A DNA stretch of 64,000 nucleotides, from the NCBI GenBank assembly GCA_013239625.1, contig MU054001.1, positions 2,672,151 through 2,736,150 on the forward strand, written 5' to 3'. The number at the start of each line of letters is the position of its first letter. The stretch's first letter is position 1. This DNA is from Lama guanicoe. Lineage: Eukaryota. The position numbers and the translations under genes were made by a program. Positions 60,761 through 64,000 of the stretch are shown here, piece after piece. Below the pieces are notes generated by a model. The model had not been told where the DNA came from, did not search any database, and saw only the letters and a list, made by a program, of their open reading frames with translations.

Positions 60761-62717
60761 GCTGGCTGAAGTATGCTGGTCTATGACTGGACATAATGGG
60801 GAGACCTTGTGGAGGAGAGGTTTGAGACTGGAAGGAAGGGATGATGAGGGTCTGACGTTGGCTTCTGGAGGTGATACCAAATTCTGGAGGGTCTTGAATG
60901 CTAGACTGAGGCAGATATATATGGATAGATATCAGTACCCTTGCTTGATAATAGGGAAAGGGTTACTAAACATTTTATAAAGACACAAGAATGATCTGGC
61001 CACTAAAACTCAGAATCAGAAATCATATAATGAGCCTTGGGAAGACTTTCATCTTAGTTTTCAGTTTCTCTTTTCCCCAGAAGGAAGACCCATTGGGGCC
61101 AATTAATACCTCCTCAAGCTTTTATTTTGCTAGATATCATCTTTATGCCAGGCTTCTAGAACTGCTCCCATAAAGTTTAAAAGTTGGTGTGTATAAGTTT
61201 ATGTGTTTCCTTGTAAAATGCATTTTCTATATTGCTTCTGCTTGAAATAAAATGTGTTTCCAAGGTTATAAATAGGAAGTTTGGAAGAGAGCATATTTCT
61301 TGGTAGAAATTTATTCCCTGTGACACATTTTGGACTTTGTTTTCCATTTTTTCTTTATCTCTGTTTCTTCAAAATGGTATTTGTGTTTGCCATTATGCAA
61401 GATTTGCAGCCAACCTCTCTATAGTGGTTGTATATTATTCTTTAATCAGATAAGAAAATCACTCTAAGCTTTATCTGGAAATTTCCATAGTAAGTATAGT
61501 TTAAAAAAATTCAAATAACACTATGTAAGGAACTAAACCTCAGTAGGTGTGAACACTACTATCCATAGTAAATAAGAACTGTGGGCAGATAATGGATGGT
61601 ACAGGTTCACATGAAATTCCAAGCTAAAAGACTATGTACTATTTTTATTTTCAGGTTATGTTACTTAATAACAAGGAGTATCTCGTGGTTTGTAATTTAT
61701 TTCCAAACAGACTCTTTCCACTGTACATCATTGATTTGAAGGGGGGACCAATGTGGCTTCTAAGCACCTGCCACCACAGATGCTGCTTGAAAATACTTCT
61801 GCATTACATTAGAACAGCTCAGCTCTGCTTGCCCCACAAAGATGCTGTTGACCTTGGGAGGACTTGGGCTGAACATCTGAGCATTAAATTTAGTTGACCA
61901 GTTGCAGTTTAGTTTTCAGGGGCAAAATCAGTGGTCAAAGTTCAATTTGTTGAGTCTTTTCATTTTCTTGTTAATATAATTTCTTAATATATATCCGTAT
62001 AAGAAAACACGAGTGATTTGTTTTTTTAGTGGGAGGAGGGAAGACCTAATGGACCCAATGAACAGGATTATCATAAAAAAAATCTGATCAAGATGTACAT
62101 ACGGAAAGCGATTGCATCATTTATCCAATCATTATAATCACTGATAACAACACATAATGAGAGGCTCAGTTTGTTTTAAGAACTGAGCCATCTCTAGTAG
62201 AGCCTCAGAATCCTAAATTGGCTAGTAATCAAATTCTCAATTAGACTAGAGTATGTGGATCCTCTCAAAGGGGGAAACATTGGAGCCAGAAATCAACAGA
62301 GATGTTAGATAAAATGATTCCATGGGGCATAACTTTTCCTTGTTTACAACATTATTTTCTAGCTGGTAGATCACGTAATACAAGTGTGTTTAAAAACAAA
62401 CAAAAAAACCAACAAATTTTAATGGTGGGTGAGAGCCTTTCTTTTGTCCCTCCATTTTATGCAAACTTTGTTTAACCTGTTAAGCATGTAATAATGCATT
62501 CGTAGATTTTTATTTGATCTAATATAGCATTCCTTGAAGTAAGTTTCATGGAATACTACTCCTACAAAATAGAAATCGTAAGTGTGGGAAGCTTATAAAT
62601 TGTAGGCCCTTCTTGGAGACATTATCTGCATACTAAAGGCTCTGAGAAGTCCTACAGTAAAGAGACTTGTTCAACTGACCTTGATTTTTCCTGATTTATT
62701 GATCATGGAATCATTTT

Positions 62718-62783
62718 TCTTTTTTTATTGAAGTATACTCAGTTACAATGTGTAAATTTCTGGTGTACACCATAATGTTTCAG

Positions 62784-62852
<69 letters not shown>

Positions 62853-63137
62853 TGTATTTGTTTACATATTCTTTTTCATTATAGGTTACTATAAGATTTG
62901 GAATATAGCTCCCTGTGCTATGCAGTATAAACTTATTATTTATCTATTTTTATATATAGTAGTTTATATTTACAAATCACAAACTCCCAGTTTATCCCTT
63001 CCCGCTCCCTTTCCCCCAGTAACTATAAGATTGTTTACTATGTCTGTGAATCTGTTTCTGTTTTGTAGATGAATTCATTAGTGTCTTCCTTTTTCTTTTT
63101 TAAGATTCCACATATAAGTGATATCATATGGTATTTT
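62718..63137 (-). mobile_element. Lineage-specific L1 3' end with 17-bp degenerate TSD
   Basis: TTTTTTTATTGAAGTATACTCAGTTACAATGTG...CCCTGTGCTATGCAGTA...AGATTCCACATATAAGTGATATCATATGGTATTT; TSD GATCATGGAATCATTTT (62701-62717) / GATTATGGAAACATTTT (63138-63154). Confidence 0.85.
62786..62852. repeat. (TA)n(CA)n microsatellite within the L1 3' UTR
   Basis: Long perfect ATAT run followed by ACAC run. Confidence 0.95.
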
Positions 63138-64000
63138 GATTATGGAAACATTTTATGCCATTTATAGTTATACTTTTTACACTCTCCCTCTGTAGGAAGG
63201 TCAACTCTTTTAAACATTGACAAAGACACGCAGCAGGGAGCAGGCAGCAGGGTGGCTCTGATACCAAGACAGCTGACATAGGGCAGCAGGAGAGCAAGAA
63301 TCTAATTTTTCCCAGCTCATGGCTTCTTTTATGTACCACTGCTACCCACTGAAAAGGCAAGGCAATGTGGATATGCAACTGCATGATTTATTATCAATAA
63401 TAACCCAACCAGAGACAATATGAAAAGCAACAGGTTTATAGTACATGAGAGGTTACCATACATATGAGACTTACAGATTCATAAAAAACAAGAACACTCC
63501 TTGCTTTGTTCCTTCGTTTGTTCTATCCAGATTCCTGCCCAGTATCTCTCTTGGACCATCAAAAGTGCCACCTAGCTTAGTGCCACATTAGGCTACTAGC
63601 AGGGACTCACTTAGATCGACTTATTTCTAAGCTTGATTACATGTACACACACTTTTTATTCCTTATCATCTCTTAACCTGATACTAACAAAAACAGAGCC
63701 ACTGTGGAACATTATTTTAATAACAGGATTATCATCTACAAGTGTTTATTACATACTTTTGTATTAAAGTCCTGAAAGGCACAGATAAGTGCCACCTGTG
63801 GTTCCCGTCCTTAAGCAATTAACAGTTTAGTTGAAGAAACAGACACCCATGTGAAAAAGAAGTGACAGCCATCATGTTGGCATGTTTAGTATCCAATCAG
63901 GTGTTGCAAACTGAGTTAATGAGGAAAAGGCTTTCAGATGGAAGTGGTGCCTCAACCAGAACTAGAAAGGAGGATGGGATTCATAATGACAGAGTATCAG

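Noticed and set aside
1..64000. A novel multi-gene system, CRISPR array, tRNA/rRNA gene, processed pseudogene or CpG-island promoter
   Set aside because: None seen. The window is CpG-depleted mammalian non-coding DNA dominated by transposon fossils. A small exon of a large host gene cannot be excluded by eye.

Overview
Mammalian, AT-rich, non-coding DNA (intronic or intergenic) with no CpG island. I found no supportable protein-coding exon, RNA gene or novel multi-gene system. The supplied ORFs are short chance ORFs or come from repeats and microsatellites. A large share of the window is recognisable transposon fossil: MIR, L2, MLT1/MaLR and LTR33-like LTRs, MER5/MER20/Charlie1 hAT elements, a Tigger2-type MITE, and old L1M elements. 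There are also younger L1 3' ends whose wording I recall from camelid genomes (inference, not a database result). No Alu or B1/B2 elements were seen. The best-supported unusual structures are: a four-level nest of five elements at 49.1-55.4 kb, containing a twin-primed (5'-inverted) L1 with target-site duplication (TSD); two ultra-short L1 insertions with TSDs (about 33 bp and 65 bp); an L1 whose RT region is deleted at a 5-bp microhomology; a local duplication of about 135 bp; a strong CTCF motif; and several repeat-free, motif-rich blocks that may be conserved enhancers. All repeat family names come from memory of consensus sequences, and boundaries are approximate unless a TSD is quoted.
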